From: a bacterium | GTDB taxonomy: Bacteria > Patescibacteriota > Minisyncoccia > Phycocordibacterales > UBA9973 | DNA: 42,489 nt | Assembly: GCA_037127795.1 (NCBI GenBank) | Contig: JBAXXQ010000001.1 | Coordinates: 471,198-513,686, forward strand | Direction of reading: 5' to 3' | Shown here: one piece after another, positions 16,194 through 25,798 of the stretch | Numbering within the stretch: position 1 is the stretch's first letter | Layout of the letters: every line of letters starts with the position of its first letter | The notes under the pieces: generated by a model | Database searches by the model: none | Seen by the model: only the letters and a program-made list of their open reading frames with translations | What the model was told of the DNA's origin: nothing | Program-made: the position numbers and the translations under genes

Positions 16194-16961
16194 ATGAAGA
16201 AACAAATAATTATCATCGGTATTCTTGTTGTTATAGCTATTATTTTTGGAGTAATTGCAGACCGCGCACCAAAACAAAATCCTATTCCAAATAAACCAAT
16301 ACAACAAGCAGATACTGTACATATGGTCACTATAGATCAACAAACTGACTATGCTATAGCATCTGGAACCTATCCACAATTTACCAATGCTTCAGCAAGT
16401 TTTAATCAAAAAATAACCGACGTCGTACAAACGGCAATAGCTGAGCAATTCAAAAACTCACAAGACAATTGGCAAGCGCGTATTGATACACGGTCACCAG
16501 GCGACGCAATACCCGAGCACCCAACAGACGCAGACAAATTCCCTATTACCATATCTGCAGATATTATTCGCAACGATTCTATTATCAGTGTATTACTCCA
16601 TATAAATGAATTTTCTGGTGGTGCACATGGACAAGAGCTCCTCTACACATACAACTACGATGTTGCACAAAAAACAGAAATAACACTTGATACCTTTATA
16701 CAAAAAGATTCACAATTTTTACAAAAACTTTCTGCAGTATCACGCACCATGCTTCGCACCCAGCTTGCAAAATCTGCACAAATAAAAGAATCTGAAGTAG
16801 ATACCGATATGCTCAATAGTGGGACAACTCCTACAGTAGACAATTTTTCACTCTTTACTCTTCCCAACGACACTACTATGGCGGTGTATTTTAGTCAGTA
16901 TCAAGTAGGTCCGTATGTATACGGCTCACCACAAATCACTATCAATCTCCCACTCAAATAA
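16194..16961 (+). CDS. Membrane-anchored DUF3298/DUF4163 (RsiV/PdaC-like) protein
   Basis: N-terminal TM; YPQF, FSGGAHG, YNYD, VYFSQYQVGPYVYG motifs. Confidence 0.85.
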   Translation: MKKQIIIIGILVVIAIIFGVIADRAPKQNPIPNKPIQQADTVHMVTIDQQTDYAIASGTYPQFTNASASFNQKITDVVQTAIAEQFKNSQDNWQARIDTRSPGDAIPEHPTDADKFPITISADIIRNDSIISVLLHINEFSGGAHGQELLYTYNYDVAQKTEITLDTFIQKDSQFLQKLSAVSRTMLRTQLAKSAQIKESEVDTDMLNSGTTPTVDNFSLFTLPNDTTMAVYFSQYQVGPYVYGSPQITINLPLK

Positions 16962-16962
16962 G

Positions 16963-16994
16963 AAAAAAGCTGCCACAATTTGTGACAGCTTTTT
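16963..16994. terminator. Bidirectional terminator
   Basis: AAAAAAGCTG-CCACAATTTGTGA-CAGCTTTTT. Confidence 0.8.
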
Positions 16995-17008
16995 ATATAG
17001 AACAAATA

Positions 17009-17335
17009 TTACGCATACTCATGAACAACATGAATATGTTTCTCCAAAACATGTGAGGTTATTTTATCAAAAACAACTTCACAGGGATATTCCTCATCGG
17101 AATCAAATTTGGCAATATCTTTTTCTATATCAAAATAGAAACAAAGCCTTCCTTCATTACTACCTGCCTGGTATGCATCCAAATTCCCAGGCACATACCC
17201 TTTAATAGTATGACCTTCTGTGTCTTCTGGGAACGGAAGTACTCCGGAAAGATTGCTCAATCTTGTAAACCAATCCTTATATTCACCACCTATATCTCTT
17301 CCTCGTGGAGAGGGTGGCTGATGATGACTGTCCAT
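17009..17335 (-). CDS. Hypothetical protein
   Basis: 108 aa ORF ending at the shared terminator. Confidence 0.65.
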   Translation of the reverse strand: MDSHHQPPSPRGRDIGGEYKDWFTRLSNLSGVLPFPEDTEGHTIKGYVPGNLDAYQAGSNEGRLCFYFDIEKDIAKFDSDEEYPCEVVFDKITSHVLEKHIHVVHEYA

Positions 17336-17421
17336 AACAATTAATTTTGTTATTATTGTCTATTTTTCTTATTCGCAAGTCAATACTTCCCAAGTCTTGA
17401 TAATAGGGTTATAGTTTGTAC

Positions 17422-17997
17422 ATGGAAGAAACAGATGAATCTATCATAGAGCAATACCTCCAAGGGAATTTTTCTGTATTCAAAATACTCGTAGAAAAAT
17501 ACACCCCATTGCTATATAGCTACGTACGGCGTATAGGGGGAGGCGCCTACACTGAAGACATTGTGCAAGAAAGTTTTATAAATGCGTGGAAGCAAATCAA
17601 CCATTTTGATACAACAAAAGCATCTTTCAAAACATGGCTTTTTCGTATAACACGAAATAAAACAATAGACATACTTCGCAAAAAACAACACTATGTTTTT
17701 AGTGATTTAGATACAAATACCGAAGAAGACGACATTGTTTTTGAGCAAAATATACCCGACACACAAGATCTCCCTGATGTAATATTTCAACAACATACCG
17801 ATATAGAAATACTCAAAAGTACTATCGACGAGCTCCCCGAGCAATACAAGACAGTTTTGGTGCTTCACTATGAAAATGACATGACTTTTGAAGCTATCGG
17901 GCTCATATTGGCAAAACCGCCAAATACCGTAAAAAGCTGGCATAGAAGGGCTATTATGGCATTACGAGAGAAGTTGCACCAAAAGATATCAGAATAA
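17422..17997 (+). CDS. ECF RNA polymerase sigma factor
   Basis: Region 2 (EDIVQESFINAW, FKTWLFRITRNKTID) and region 4 (LPEQYKTVLVLHY...FEAIGLILAKPPNTVKSWHRRA). Confidence 0.95.
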   Translation: MEETDESIIEQYLQGNFSVFKILVEKYTPLLYSYVRRIGGGAYTEDIVQESFINAWKQINHFDTTKASFKTWLFRITRNKTIDILRKKQHYVFSDLDTNTEEDDIVFEQNIPDTQDLPDVIFQQHTDIEILKSTIDELPEQYKTVLVLHYENDMTFEAIGLILAKPPNTVKSWHRRAIMALREKLHQKISE

Positions 17998-18012
17998 CGT
18001 ATATATAATCGT

Positions 18013-18411
18013 ATGGAGAACCAAATACAAGAATTATTATCAAAAACTTCATATCACGCAGATACCGATTTTTCACAAAAAATCTGGCTTTCTATTTCTA
18101 AAAAACAGAAACAAAAAACCATGTATACGCGTGTGCTATATAGTATCCTCAGTATTGCATCATGTGCAATACTTATTCCTGTATGCAGTACTATAGCAAC
18201 TCAATTACAAGAAACAGGATTTATACAATATCTTTCAATCGCATTTTCTGATATTGGATCAATCGGTATTTTTGGTAAGCAACTTCTCTATGCACTTGGA
18301 GAAGCTTTGCCAACCCTCAGTATTGCACTGTTTTTGTTCTTGGTAGCAAGTCTTGTATTTTCTCTAAAAGAATTATTAAAATCACAAACACAACGTTTAA
18401 TTATCGCATAA
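18013..18411 (+). CDS. Putative membrane anti-sigma factor
   Basis: Directly after the ECF gene; short cytoplasmic N-terminus (DFSQKIW) plus two TMs. Confidence 0.65.
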   Translation: MENQIQELLSKTSYHADTDFSQKIWLSISKKQKQKTMYTRVLYSILSIASCAILIPVCSTIATQLQETGFIQYLSIAFSDIGSIGIFGKQLLYALGEALPTLSIALFLFLVASLVFSLKELLKSQTQRLIIA

Positions 18412-18417
18412 ATATAT

Positions 18418-18897
18418 ATGAAAAATTTTTCACATACCATCATCGGTTTTTTTGAATCGCCTACCGCTCGTCGCATATTACTAGCAATCATAGCACTCTG
18501 CGCTGCAGTACTTATTTTTGCAGCAGGTGTTGCTGTCGGTGTTCGCAAGACAGAATTTCGTCACCAATTTTCAGATAATTATGAAAGAAACTTTGGTGCT
18601 TTTGAGCGACACGGTAGAGGTATGCTCCCTCCACTTCCTGGTGAAAATTTCCCCAACGCACATGGTGCTGTAGGAAAAATAATCAGTGTGAGTCTTCCTA
18701 CATTTATCGTAGATAGTCCAGATGGTACAGAAAAAGTAATTCATATATCAGATACAACACACATTCGTACTATAGATGGTGATGGTACTAGTGCAAATAT
18801 TATTCCAGAAAATGTTGCAGTTGTTGTTGGTGAGCCAAATACTAATGGCCAAATTGATGCTAGCTTTATCCGCGTTCTTCCAAAACCTACAAACTAG
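18418..18897 (+). CDS. Membrane-anchored DUF5666-like protein
   Basis: One TM, Gly/Pro-rich linker, then GKIISV...V.VVG..N.NG.I.A..IRV pattern. Confidence 0.6.
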   Translation: MKNFSHTIIGFFESPTARRILLAIIALCAAVLIFAAGVAVGVRKTEFRHQFSDNYERNFGAFERHGRGMLPPLPGENFPNAHGAVGKIISVSLPTFIVDSPDGTEKVIHISDTTHIRTIDGDGTSANIIPENVAVVVGEPNTNGQIDASFIRVLPKPTN

Positions 18898-18900
18898 TAT

Positions 18901-20544
18901 ATGAAAAATACATTATTGAATATCAAAACAAAACTCAGTATTTTTATTACAAACCACAAAAAAACAAGTATGCTAATCGCATTAGTAATACTAGGTGGTG
19001 GATATTATATATTGAAACCAAATACTACAGCAGCACTTCGCTATGTAACAACAAATCCTACACAAGGAACACTCGTAAGCTCAATATCAGGTACCGGGCA
19101 AATGAGCGCAGAAACACAAATAGATCTCAAGCCTCGTGTTTCAAGTACAGTAACCCATATATATGTAAAAACTGGTGATACAGTAAAAAAGGGCGCAATG
19201 CTTTTTACTCTTGATGCGCGTGATGCACAAAAAGCAGTTCGTAATGCACAGACAGATCTTGCAACAGCAAAATTGAATTTACAAAAATTACAAGAACCAC
19301 CAAAAATTCTTGCAGTAATTCAAGCACAAAATGCTATAGAACAAGCACAACAAGCAAAAAAGGATGCTGATCTTGTGGTACAAACAGCTCATCAAGCACT
19401 TTTGAATTCAAATATTGCAGCAATACCAGACAGTACTTCTTCTGTAGAAACACCCCCTACTATATCTGGTAGTTATACGGGCAATGACGAAGGACAGCTA
19501 AAGATTACCGTATACCAAGCAGGTAATGGTGGATACTTTGGAGTAAGTGGGTTGGTAGAAGCAACAGGTACTGTAAGCTCTACAACAGCACAACCTATTG
19601 GAAATACTGGTTTGTATATAAAATTTGCAAGTAATGCAAGTCAAACAGTTTGGGATATAAATCTTCCGAACAAACAATCTACTAGTTATATAAGTAATTA
19701 CAATGCATATCAAACTGCATTGCAAAATCAAGCAAAAACAATTAGTAGTTCTGATGACACTATCGCAGAACAAACAGCACAATTGAAACAACTCACCGAT
19801 GGTACAGACCCACTCGATATTCAAACAGCACAGCTTTCGGTAACACAAAAAGAAAATGCATTACTCGATGCACAACAAACACTTTCTGATTATTACATCA
19901 CTGCGCCGTTTGATGGAGTAATAGCGACAGTAAATGCACAGCTTGGACAACAAGGAAGCTCTGGTACTGCGCTTGGTACTATTATTACTAAAGATGAAAC
20001 AGCAGTAATCCCACTCAACGAAGTAGATGTTTCAAAAGTAAAAGTTGGCGAAAAAGCAACACTTACATTTGACGCAATTGCAGACCTCTCTATTACTGGA
20101 GAAGTAGTTAGTGTCGACGCTGTAGGAACAGTATCTTCTGGGGTGGTAAATTACAATGTAAAAATAACACTTGATACGCCAGACGATAGAATAAAATCTG
20201 GTATGAGTGTGAATGCTTCTATTATTACTAATGTTGCTCAAGATGTGCTCACTGTGCCAAATAGTGCGGTAAAAACAAATTCTCAAGGTTCATATGTAGA
20301 AGTATTTGATACAAAACTTCCTGACCCTGCAACAGGGACTATAGGATCAGTATCAAGTACTTCCCCACGCAAACAAACAGTTACTACAGGACTTACCAAC
20401 GACACCGACACACAAATACTTTCAGGGATCGATACCAATACTATCGTTGTTACAAAAACAATAAATCCAAGTACCACAGCAACAAAAGCAACACCTAGTC
20501 TACTTAGTAGTGTAGGAGGCAAAAATCCTGCAGGAGGAAGATAA
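18901..20544 (+). CDS. Membrane fusion protein (MacA/HlyD-like adaptor)
   Basis: N-terminal TM, lipoyl-like halves (VKTGDTVKKG; ITAPFDGVIA), coiled coil, IKSGMSVNASI, LTVPNSAV. Confidence 0.92.
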   Translation: MKNTLLNIKTKLSIFITNHKKTSMLIALVILGGGYYILKPNTTAALRYVTTNPTQGTLVSSISGTGQMSAETQIDLKPRVSSTVTHIYVKTGDTVKKGAMLFTLDARDAQKAVRNAQTDLATAKLNLQKLQEPPKILAVIQAQNAIEQAQQAKKDADLVVQTAHQALLNSNIAAIPDSTSSVETPPTISGSYTGNDEGQLKITVYQAGNGGYFGVSGLVEATGTVSSTTAQPIGNTGLYIKFASNASQTVWDINLPNKQSTSYISNYNAYQTALQNQAKTISSSDDTIAEQTAQLKQLTDGTDPLDIQTAQLSVTQKENALLDAQQTLSDYYITAPFDGVIATVNAQLGQQGSSGTALGTIITKDETAVIPLNEVDVSKVKVGEKATLTFDAIADLSITGEVVSVDAVGTVSSGVVNYNVKITLDTPDDRIKSGMSVNASIITNVAQDVLTVPNSAVKTNSQGSYVEVFDTKLPDPATGTIGSVSSTSPRKQTVTTGLTNDTDTQILSGIDTNTIVVTKTINPSTTATKATPSLLSSVGGKNPAGGR

Positions 20545-20545
20545 T

Positions 20546-21244
20546 ATGATTGAAGTACAAGATATTACAAAAACATACAACACTGGTGATATCGCATTTA
20601 CTGCACTAAAAGGTGTAAGCTTCACTATCAATGACGGAGAATTTGTCGCAATCATGGGACCATCAGGTTCTGGAAAATCTACCCTCATGCACATACTCGG
20701 TGCACTAGATAATCCAAGCTCTGGAACATACAAACTCGATGGAAAAGATGTTTCGACATACACCGATGACGAGCTCGCAGATATACGAAAAGATCATATT
20801 GGATTTGTGTTTCAATCATTCAACTTACTCCCCCGCACCACAGTACTTCGCAATGTTATGTTGCCGCTTATTTATGCAGGTGTCGGAGAAAAAGAGCGCG
20901 AAGAACTTGCAAAAATATCTCTCCAAAAAGCAGGGCTTGATGAACAACACTTTCTTCATCTTTCAAATCAACTTTCTGGTGGACAAATACAACGTGTTGC
21001 TATTGCGCGCGCATTGGTAAACGATCCCACCCTTATTCTTGCTGACGAACCAACAGGAAACCTCGATACAAGAACTGGAGAAATTGTTTTAGGGACATTT
21101 CAAAGATTAAACAAAGATCACGGACGTACTATTATTCTTATTACTCACGAACCAGATGTAGCGCAACATGCAAGTCGTATTATCACCATTCGCGACGGAC
21201 TTATAGTTTCTGATAAAAAAAATACTAATCAAATAATTCTATAA
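20546..21244 (+). CDS. ABC transporter ATP-binding protein (MacB/LolD-like)
   Basis: [37 protein letters not shown]. Confidence 0.97.
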   Translation: MIEVQDITKTYNTGDIAFTALKGVSFTINDGEFVAIMGPSGSGKSTLMHILGALDNPSSGTYKLDGKDVSTYTDDELADIRKDHIGFVFQSFNLLPRTTVLRNVMLPLIYAGVGEKEREELAKISLQKAGLDEQHFLHLSNQLSGGQIQRVAIARALVNDPTLILADEPTGNLDTRTGEIVLGTFQRLNKDHGRTIILITHEPDVAQHASRIITIRDGLIVSDKKNTNQIIL

Positions 21245-21248
21245 TTTT

Positions 21249-22469
21249 ATGAAAACAACAGACATTTTAGAAGAAACATATACAGCACTCGCAAGTAATA
21301 AAGTACGATCTGGGCTTACTATGCTTGGTATTATTATCGGTATCAGCTCAGTGATTGCTATGACTGCAATTGGAAATGGTGCACAACAATCTATCTCTGC
21401 AAGTATCCAATCTATTGGTGCAAACCTTGTGATGGTTATGCCTGGCGCACAAAGATCATTTGGTGGCCCTTCTGGTGGTCGTGGTAACGCACTCACACTC
21501 ACTGTAGGAGACGCAGACGCTATAGCATCAAATGTATCAAATGCACAAACTGTAGTACGAAATGTAAGTAGTCGTAAACAAGTTACTGCAAAAGGAACAA
21601 ATACCAATACGAGTATTGTTGGTACTGAACCAAATTATGCAACAGCTCGAAATATAAACGTCGACGATGGAAACTTTTTGACTGATCAAAATGTACAAAG
21701 TGGCGCAAAGGTTGCAGTACTTGGACCAACCACTGCAACAGACCTTTTTGGTACCGATACAGAGCCTGTAGGACAAATAATTCGTATAGCAGGAAATGAA
21801 TATAAAGTGGTGGGGGTCACTCGTGCAAAAGGTGGTTCTGGATTCAATAATACTGACGATACTATTTATATCCCCTACACTACCGCACAACGATATTTAT
21901 CTGGTAATCAATACCTTAGTGAAATAGATGTTTCTGCATCAAGCTCAGATACTTCTTCTCAAGTACAAGCTGATATTACAACCCTTCTTTTATCTCGCCA
22001 CAATATAACAGATAGTACAAAAGCAGATTTTAACACACTCAACCAAGCAGACATTATTGCTACCGCATCAAGTGTGACTAGTACATTTACTGTACTTCTC
22101 GCAGCTGTTGCTGGTATATCTCTTATTGTCGGAGGTATCGGTATTATGAATATGATGCTTACTACAGTGACAGAGCGTACACGTGAGATTGGTCTCCGAA
22201 AAGCAATCGGTGCTCGCAATAAAGATATCAGTACACAATTTCTCATTGAATCAGTGATGCTTACGTTTATTGGAGGGACCATTGGTGTCATACTCGGCTG
22301 GTCCATATCATTTGCAGTAAGTAGTTTAGGGATACTCCAAAGTACGGTTTCTATCGGATCTGTCATACTCGCATTCACCGTATCTGCTGCTATTGGTATC
22401 GTATTTGGATACTACCCTGCGCGACGTGCCGCACAACTCAACCCTATAGAAGCATTACGATATGAGTAA
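21249..22469 (+). CDS. MacB/FtsX-family ABC permease
   Basis: RSGLTMLGIIIG, GGIGIMNMMLTTVTERTREIGLRKAIGA, PARRAAQLNPIEALRYE. Confidence 0.96.
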   Translation: MKTTDILEETYTALASNKVRSGLTMLGIIIGISSVIAMTAIGNGAQQSISASIQSIGANLVMVMPGAQRSFGGPSGGRGNALTLTVGDADAIASNVSNAQTVVRNVSSRKQVTAKGTNTNTSIVGTEPNYATARNINVDDGNFLTDQNVQSGAKVAVLGPTTATDLFGTDTEPVGQIIRIAGNEYKVVGVTRAKGGSGFNNTDDTIYIPYTTAQRYLSGNQYLSEIDVSASSSDTSSQVQADITTLLLSRHNITDSTKADFNTLNQADIIATASSVTSTFTVLLAAVAGISLIVGGIGIMNMMLTTVTERTREIGLRKAIGARNKDISTQFLIESVMLTFIGGTIGVILGWSISFAVSSLGILQSTVSIGSVILAFTVSAAIGIVFGYYPARRAAQLNPIEALRYE

Positions 22470-22516
22470 CGTAATGTGGTATATAAAAAAAAATATTAAT
22501 TAATAACTACAACACT

Positions 22517-22975
22517 ATGGAAAAAACACAATATAAAAAAATAGGTTCATACGCAGCAACTGCAATTGTTGCACTTGTTATAGGATTTTTTACCGGCAAA
22601 TCAATGGCACCTGTACCACAACAAGCAAATAATTTTGGTGGTGGAAATTTCGGACAAAATGGCAGCGGCAATCGTGCTGGTAACCGTATGCCTGGTGGTG
22701 GTGCAAGTGGTGAGATTATTGCAAAAGATGCACAATCTATCACTATCAAACTTCGTGATGGTGGATCAAAGATAATATTCTACAGCGACAAAACAGATGT
22801 ATTAAAATCTGTAGCAGGAGTCGCCGATGATATCGCTATTGGAAAACAAGTAATAGTGATAGGTACTGGAAACCAAGATGGTAGTATCACAGCACAATCT
22901 GTACAAATCCGTCCAGAAGGCGCAAAGATTCCTGGTGGAGCACCAAATGGTCCACAAATACCAAAACAAAATTAA
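22517..22975 (+). CDS. Membrane-anchored DUF5666-like protein
   Basis: TM, Gly-rich linker, GEIIAKD...V.VIG..N.DGSITAQSVQIRP; resembles 18418..18897. Confidence 0.65.
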   Translation: MEKTQYKKIGSYAATAIVALVIGFFTGKSMAPVPQQANNFGGGNFGQNGSGNRAGNRMPGGGASGEIIAKDAQSITIKLRDGGSKIIFYSDKTDVLKSVAGVADDIAIGKQVIVIGTGNQDGSITAQSVQIRPEGAKIPGGAPNGPQIPKQN

Positions 22976-23007
22976 TACTGCCAAATTACTCTAAATACAG
23001 TATACTT

Positions 23008-23037
23008 AAAAAGATTCCCGTTATGGGATCTTTTTTT
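23008..23037 (+). terminator. Intrinsic terminator
   Basis: AAAAAGATTCCCG-TTAT-GGGATCTTTTTTT after the ECF/MacAB operon. Confidence 0.75.
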
Positions 23038-23059
23038 ATTCAATAATATCTACCTATTC

Positions 23060-24937
23060 ATGCAAAAAGCATTTTCTTTTATCAAAAATATTTCGCTCTA
23101 TATCTACGTCGCAGCTAGTGTTTGCATAGTACTTATTATCTCAGGAATACTTTATGTAAACCATATTTCAAATCACCACATACTACTCTACATGCTCTGT
23201 ATTGGTGCATTACCACTATGGTATGAGCTTATACAAGAAATGCGTAAGGGTTCTTTTGGAGTAGATATTATTGCTGGTTTCGCAATTATTGCAACAGGTC
23301 TTACTGGGCAATATCTCGCTGGGTGTGTAGTGCTCCTTATGCTTTCTGGAGGACAAATACTTGAGCTCTTTGCTATGAATCGTGCAAAAAAAGAATTGGA
23401 GTCTCTCTTGAATAGAACCCCTGAATATGTACACATACAAAAAGACGGCGCTATTGTAGATATTCGTATTGAAGATGTTACTTTAGGTATGGATATTGTC
23501 ATAAAACCAGGAGAAATCTTGGCGGTAGATGGCACGGTGATCGAAGGAGAAACATATATAGATGAATCCGTGCTCACTGGTGAGAGTGTCCCTATAATCA
23601 AACAGCTCCACGCGCATGTATATGCAGGTACACAAAACAAAGAAAATATGATTGTTGTGCGTGTCGATACACCAATACTAGAAACAAAATACCAAGCAAT
23701 TATCAAGCTTGTTCATGATGCAAAAGAAAGTAAGGCGCCTATTGTACGCCTTGCAAACAAATACAGTGTGTATTTTAGTATTATCACTTTTACTATTGCA
23801 GGACTCACCTATTTTATAACTGGCGACATGATGCGCGTAGTAGCTATCTTGGTGGTTGCAACCCCTTGTCCGCTCATTCTAGCGACACCTATAGCAATCC
23901 TCTCTGGTATCAGTAAAGCAAGTAAGAGAGGTATCATTATCAAAGACGGTGGAAGTCTGGAAACACTTGCAGATGTCGAAAGTTTTGTATTTGATAAAAC
24001 AGGTACAATCACACTCGGTGAACCCGTTGTTGCAAAAGTACTTTCTTTTTCAGAAAAATCAGAAGCGGAAATTGTTTCTCTTGCCGCATCTCTTGATCAA
24101 CTCTCAACACACATTCTCGCACGCGCACTTACCAAGTATGCACAAGAAAAAAAATATCCTCTCGTATATATTCCTAGTATTCGTGAACAATTTGGCGATG
24201 GTGTTGAAGGAAGTATAGAAAACACATCATACGTATTTGGTAAAAAAGGTTTTGCAGAATCCTATGCAGGACAAAATATAAGCACTGATATCCACACACT
24301 ATATGAAAAAGAATCTGATGAAGGAGGTATGATGGTTTTTCTCGCCTCAAAAGAAACTATCCTCGGCGCAGTAGTGTTTAAAGATATTATTCGTACTGAT
24401 GCATATGACTTGTTCAAAAAAATGCGTGAACATGGTGTTGCACATATTACTCTTTTGACTGGCGACAAAAAAGAACGCGCGCAAGATATCGCTGCACAGC
24501 TCGCTATTACCGATGTTATCAGTGAATGTCTTCCTGAAGATAAATTACAAGTTATCAAACAATTACAACATGGCGGCAAAAAAGTTGCTATGGTTGGCGA
24601 CGGTATCAATGATGCCCCAGCATTGGTAGAAAGTAGTGTTGGTATTGCGCTCGGTAGTCATGGTAAAACAGCCGCAAGCGATGTTGCTGATATTGTTATT
24701 CTCTCTCAGTCAATCAATGGCGTATACGATGTATGGCACATAGCCAAAAAGACCATAGGACTCGCAAAAAACGGCATTATGATCGGTATTGGACTAAGTA
24801 TTTTCCTTATGGTTTTGGGATCAGTAGGGCTTATAAAGCCTGTTATCGGAGCTCTTATGCAAGAAGGTATCGATATAATCGTTATTATAAACGCATTACG
24901 ATTGGGTAGTATTTTGAAGAAGAGCTTTAGAGTATAG
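23060..24937 (+). CDS. Heavy-metal P1B-type ATPase, P1B-5-like
   Basis: TGES, TPCP in TM4, DKTGT, TGD, GDGINDAPAL, QEGID in the last TM; no N-terminal CxxC metal-binding domain. Confidence 0.93.
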   Translation: MQKAFSFIKNISLYIYVAASVCIVLIISGILYVNHISNHHILLYMLCIGALPLWYELIQEMRKGSFGVDIIAGFAIIATGLTGQYLAGCVVLLMLSGGQILELFAMNRAKKELESLLNRTPEYVHIQKDGAIVDIRIEDVTLGMDIVIKPGEILAVDGTVIEGETYIDESVLTGESVPIIKQLHAHVYAGTQNKENMIVVRVDTPILETKYQAIIKLVHDAKESKAPIVRLANKYSVYFSIITFTIAGLTYFITGDMMRVVAILVVATPCPLILATPIAILSGISKASKRGIIIKDGGSLETLADVESFVFDKTGTITLGEPVVAKVLSFSEKSEAEIVSLAASLDQLSTHILARALTKYAQEKKYPLVYIPSIREQFGDGVEGSIENTSYVFGKKGFAESYAGQNISTDIHTLYEKESDEGGMMVFLASKETILGAVVFKDIIRTDAYDLFKKMREHGVAHITLLTGDKKERAQDIAAQLAITDVISECLPEDKLQVIKQLQHGGKKVAMVGDGINDAPALVESSVGIALGSHGKTAASDVADIVILSQSINGVYDVWHIAKKTIGLAKNGIMIGIGLSIFLMVLGSVGLIKPVIGALMQEGIDIIVIINALRLGSILKKSFRV

Positions 24938-25144
24938 AGGAACACCTACACAATATTTTGATATTTTGTCGTGACCTTCTGTATCCCAGCCAGCAGTATT
25001 TCCTGCGACTTCAAACCCGTAACAACGTGCGAGCTGTATAACATCTCCTGTGGTTCTTTTTACCGCACTTGGTTTTGGGAAAATAAGTACCAACACTACC
25101 AAGACTAGTATTGCGATTAAGATTTTTTTAATTATTTTTTTCAT
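24896..25144 (-). CDS. Small membrane-anchored protein with two CxG motifs
   Basis: Start ATG 25144 (MKKIIKKILIAIL...FPKP...CYG...CVG). Overlaps the upstream gene stop; converges on and overlaps the ATPase 3' end by 42 nt. Confidence 0.6.
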   Translation of the reverse strand: MKKIIKKILIAILVLVVLVLIFPKPSAVKRTTGDVIQLARCYGFEVAGNTAGWDTEGHDKISKYCVGVPLYSKALLQNTTQS

Positions 25145-25781
25145 CGGCAATTTGTGCAACATTAAACTCATCAAGTGCTTTGTAAAGATGTGCAACAAGC
25201 ATCATCACTATCGGATATGTAATAACAATTCCTACACCAACTACAAGTGCTCCTATAATAACAAATGAGATAGCAATCATAAGGACTAATAGTACCGTCC
25301 AAAAACGTGCACCTTTTGTAATATTCCAAGAATATTTTACTGATTCTTTTATTGAAAGACCTTTATCAACAAAGATTAAATTTGAGAAACCGAGACGTAC
25401 CATAAAGTAAATTCCCGGAATTATAAATACGATAAATCCTCCCAATAGAATAACACCTACATACAATGCAATACCTACCACCTGGCAAAACTGCTTCCCT
25501 GTTGGCAAAAAGGTTCTCAAATTTCCTAATTCGAGTTCATCTTCTTTTTTATATACAGTCAAAAGAGAAACCTTACTCCATACAAATCCCCATACAATAG
25601 AGAAAAATGTTGTACAGATAACAGCAGGAATCTCATAAAGACTATTCCAGTCTTGCAAACGATTGAAAAATACATTTACCAACAATGTCACGGTACTTAT
25701 AGCAACAAAAAACATCCAATGGTTTTTGAATATTTGCCATACTTCTCGTAATGTTTTGCGAATAGGAAAATCGAATATCAT
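25128..25781 (-). CDS. Integral membrane protein (DUF975/GPDPase-membrane-like)
   Basis: Multiple TMs; FIIPGIYFMVRLGF and SVKYSWNITKG pattern. Confidence 0.75.
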   Translation of the reverse strand: MIFDFPIRKTLREVWQIFKNHWMFFVAISTVTLLVNVFFNRLQDWNSLYEIPAVICTTFFSIVWGFVWSKVSLLTVYKKEDELELGNLRTFLPTGKQFCQVVGIALYVGVILLGGFIVFIIPGIYFMVRLGFSNLIFVDKGLSIKESVKYSWNITKGARFWTVLLVLMIAISFVIIGALVVGVGIVITYPIVMMLVAHLYKALDEFNVAQIADEKNN

Positions 25782-25798
25782 ATGTGTATTAGTTATTA

